Below the pieces are notes generated by a model that was given only the letters and a program-made list of their open reading frames with translations, made no database searches and was not told the DNA's origin. Shown here in pieces: positions 15,220-15,813 of a stretch of 15,813 nucleotides of DNA. The DNA comes from Dehalococcoidia bacterium. GTDB lineage: Bacteria > Chloroflexota > Dehalococcoidia > Lucifugimonadales > UBA3495. The translations under genes and the position numbers were made by a program. Positions within the stretch are counted from its first letter, which is position 1, and every line of letters starts with the position of its first letter. The stretch spans positions 1 through 15,813 of the forward strand of contig JASLXV010000049.1 in assembly GCA_030740155.1 (NCBI GenBank), given 5' to 3'.

Positions 15220-15813
15220 TTAATCCTTCGCTATCACCGCTTCGATCTGCCGGGCCCCAATCCCAGGCTCGGCCCCGTTTATGTAGCGCACCTTGGGTCT
15301 GGTCCCGAACTCATCCTGCAGACGGAAAGAGGAGTTCCCGGCCAGGAGCTTGGAAACGTCGCTGTTGGGGTCGTCCAAGTCACCGAACTTTAGCGCGAAG
15401 GACGGGCAGTTGGCCACACAGGCCGGCTTGAGGTTTTTATCCAGCCGGTGGACGCAGAAGGTGCACTTCTGCACCACGCCTTTGACGTGCCCGCCGCCGG
15501 CGATGGACCGTTGCTCCGGGCCATATACCCTATCCAGGTCCGGGTTCTTATAGGGGGGCACGACGCCGTTGGTAACCCTTTCCAGGGCGGCCGCGGCCGG
15601 GGAGTCCCAATCCAGGTACTGGTTCTTCTCCGGGCTCTTCGCGTTGAAATAGTTGACGCCGTAGGGGCACGCGACCTCGCAGTAGCGGCAGCCGATGCAG
15701 CGTTTCCAGTCGACGGCTATCACGCCATTGTCCTTCTTGTACCGTGCCCCGACGGGGCAAACCTTCACACAAGGGGCGTTGTCGCAGTGCATGCAGGGGC
15801 GGGGCATGAACCG
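15220..15813 (-). CDS. 4Fe-4S dicluster electron-transfer subunit (NrfC/PsrB/DmsB/DsrO family), 5'-truncated by the window edge
   Basis: PRPCMHCDNAPCVKVCP, CIGCRYCEVACPY, KCTFC.HR, PACV..CP, FGDLDDP.S.VS, GT.PKV.Y. The first Cys cluster is missing and the frame is open to the window end. Confidence 0.93.
   Translation of the reverse strand, partial: RFMPRPCMHCDNAPCVKVCPVGARYKKDNGVIAVDWKRCIGCRYCEVACPYGVNYFNAKSPEKNQYLDWDSPAAAALERVTNGVVPPYKNPDLDRVYGPEQRSIAGGGHVKGVVQKCTFCVHRLDKNLKPACVANCPSFALKFGDLDDPNSDVSKLLAGNSSFRLQDEFGTRPKVRYINGAEPGIGARQIEAVIAKD

Overview
GC-rich bacterial DNA (the gene content resembles Chloroflexota/Dehalococcoidia, which is an impression only) with three blocks. (1) 1-1768, minus strand: a probable bacterial ubiquitination-like module. 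It has a multidomain E2/UBC-fold protein (zinc ribbon, Gly/Val/Asn/Gln linker motif, two tandem Cys/His fingers, E2 domain with intact catalytic Cys). Next is the N-terminal part of a probable ThiF/E1 protein, which breaks off into unrelated, lower-GC DNA just before the expected nucleotide-binding motif. (2) 2117-11147, plus strand: a DAO-family flavoprotein, then a likely catabolic operon (LeuC-like, LeuD-like, TcuA-like, MmgE/PrpD, CapA-like metallophosphoesterase, ICL/PEP-mutase family, hemerythrin). Several of these enzymes have non-canonical active-site motifs. (3) 11593-15813, minus strand: the 3' part of a complex iron-sulfur molybdoenzyme-type operon (NrfC-like Fe-S subunit, NrfD/PsrC anchor, TorD/DmsD chaperone, HdrA-N/MvhD/ferredoxin fusion). 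A REP doublet lies between blocks 2 and 3. All calls come from reading motifs by eye; no searches were run.
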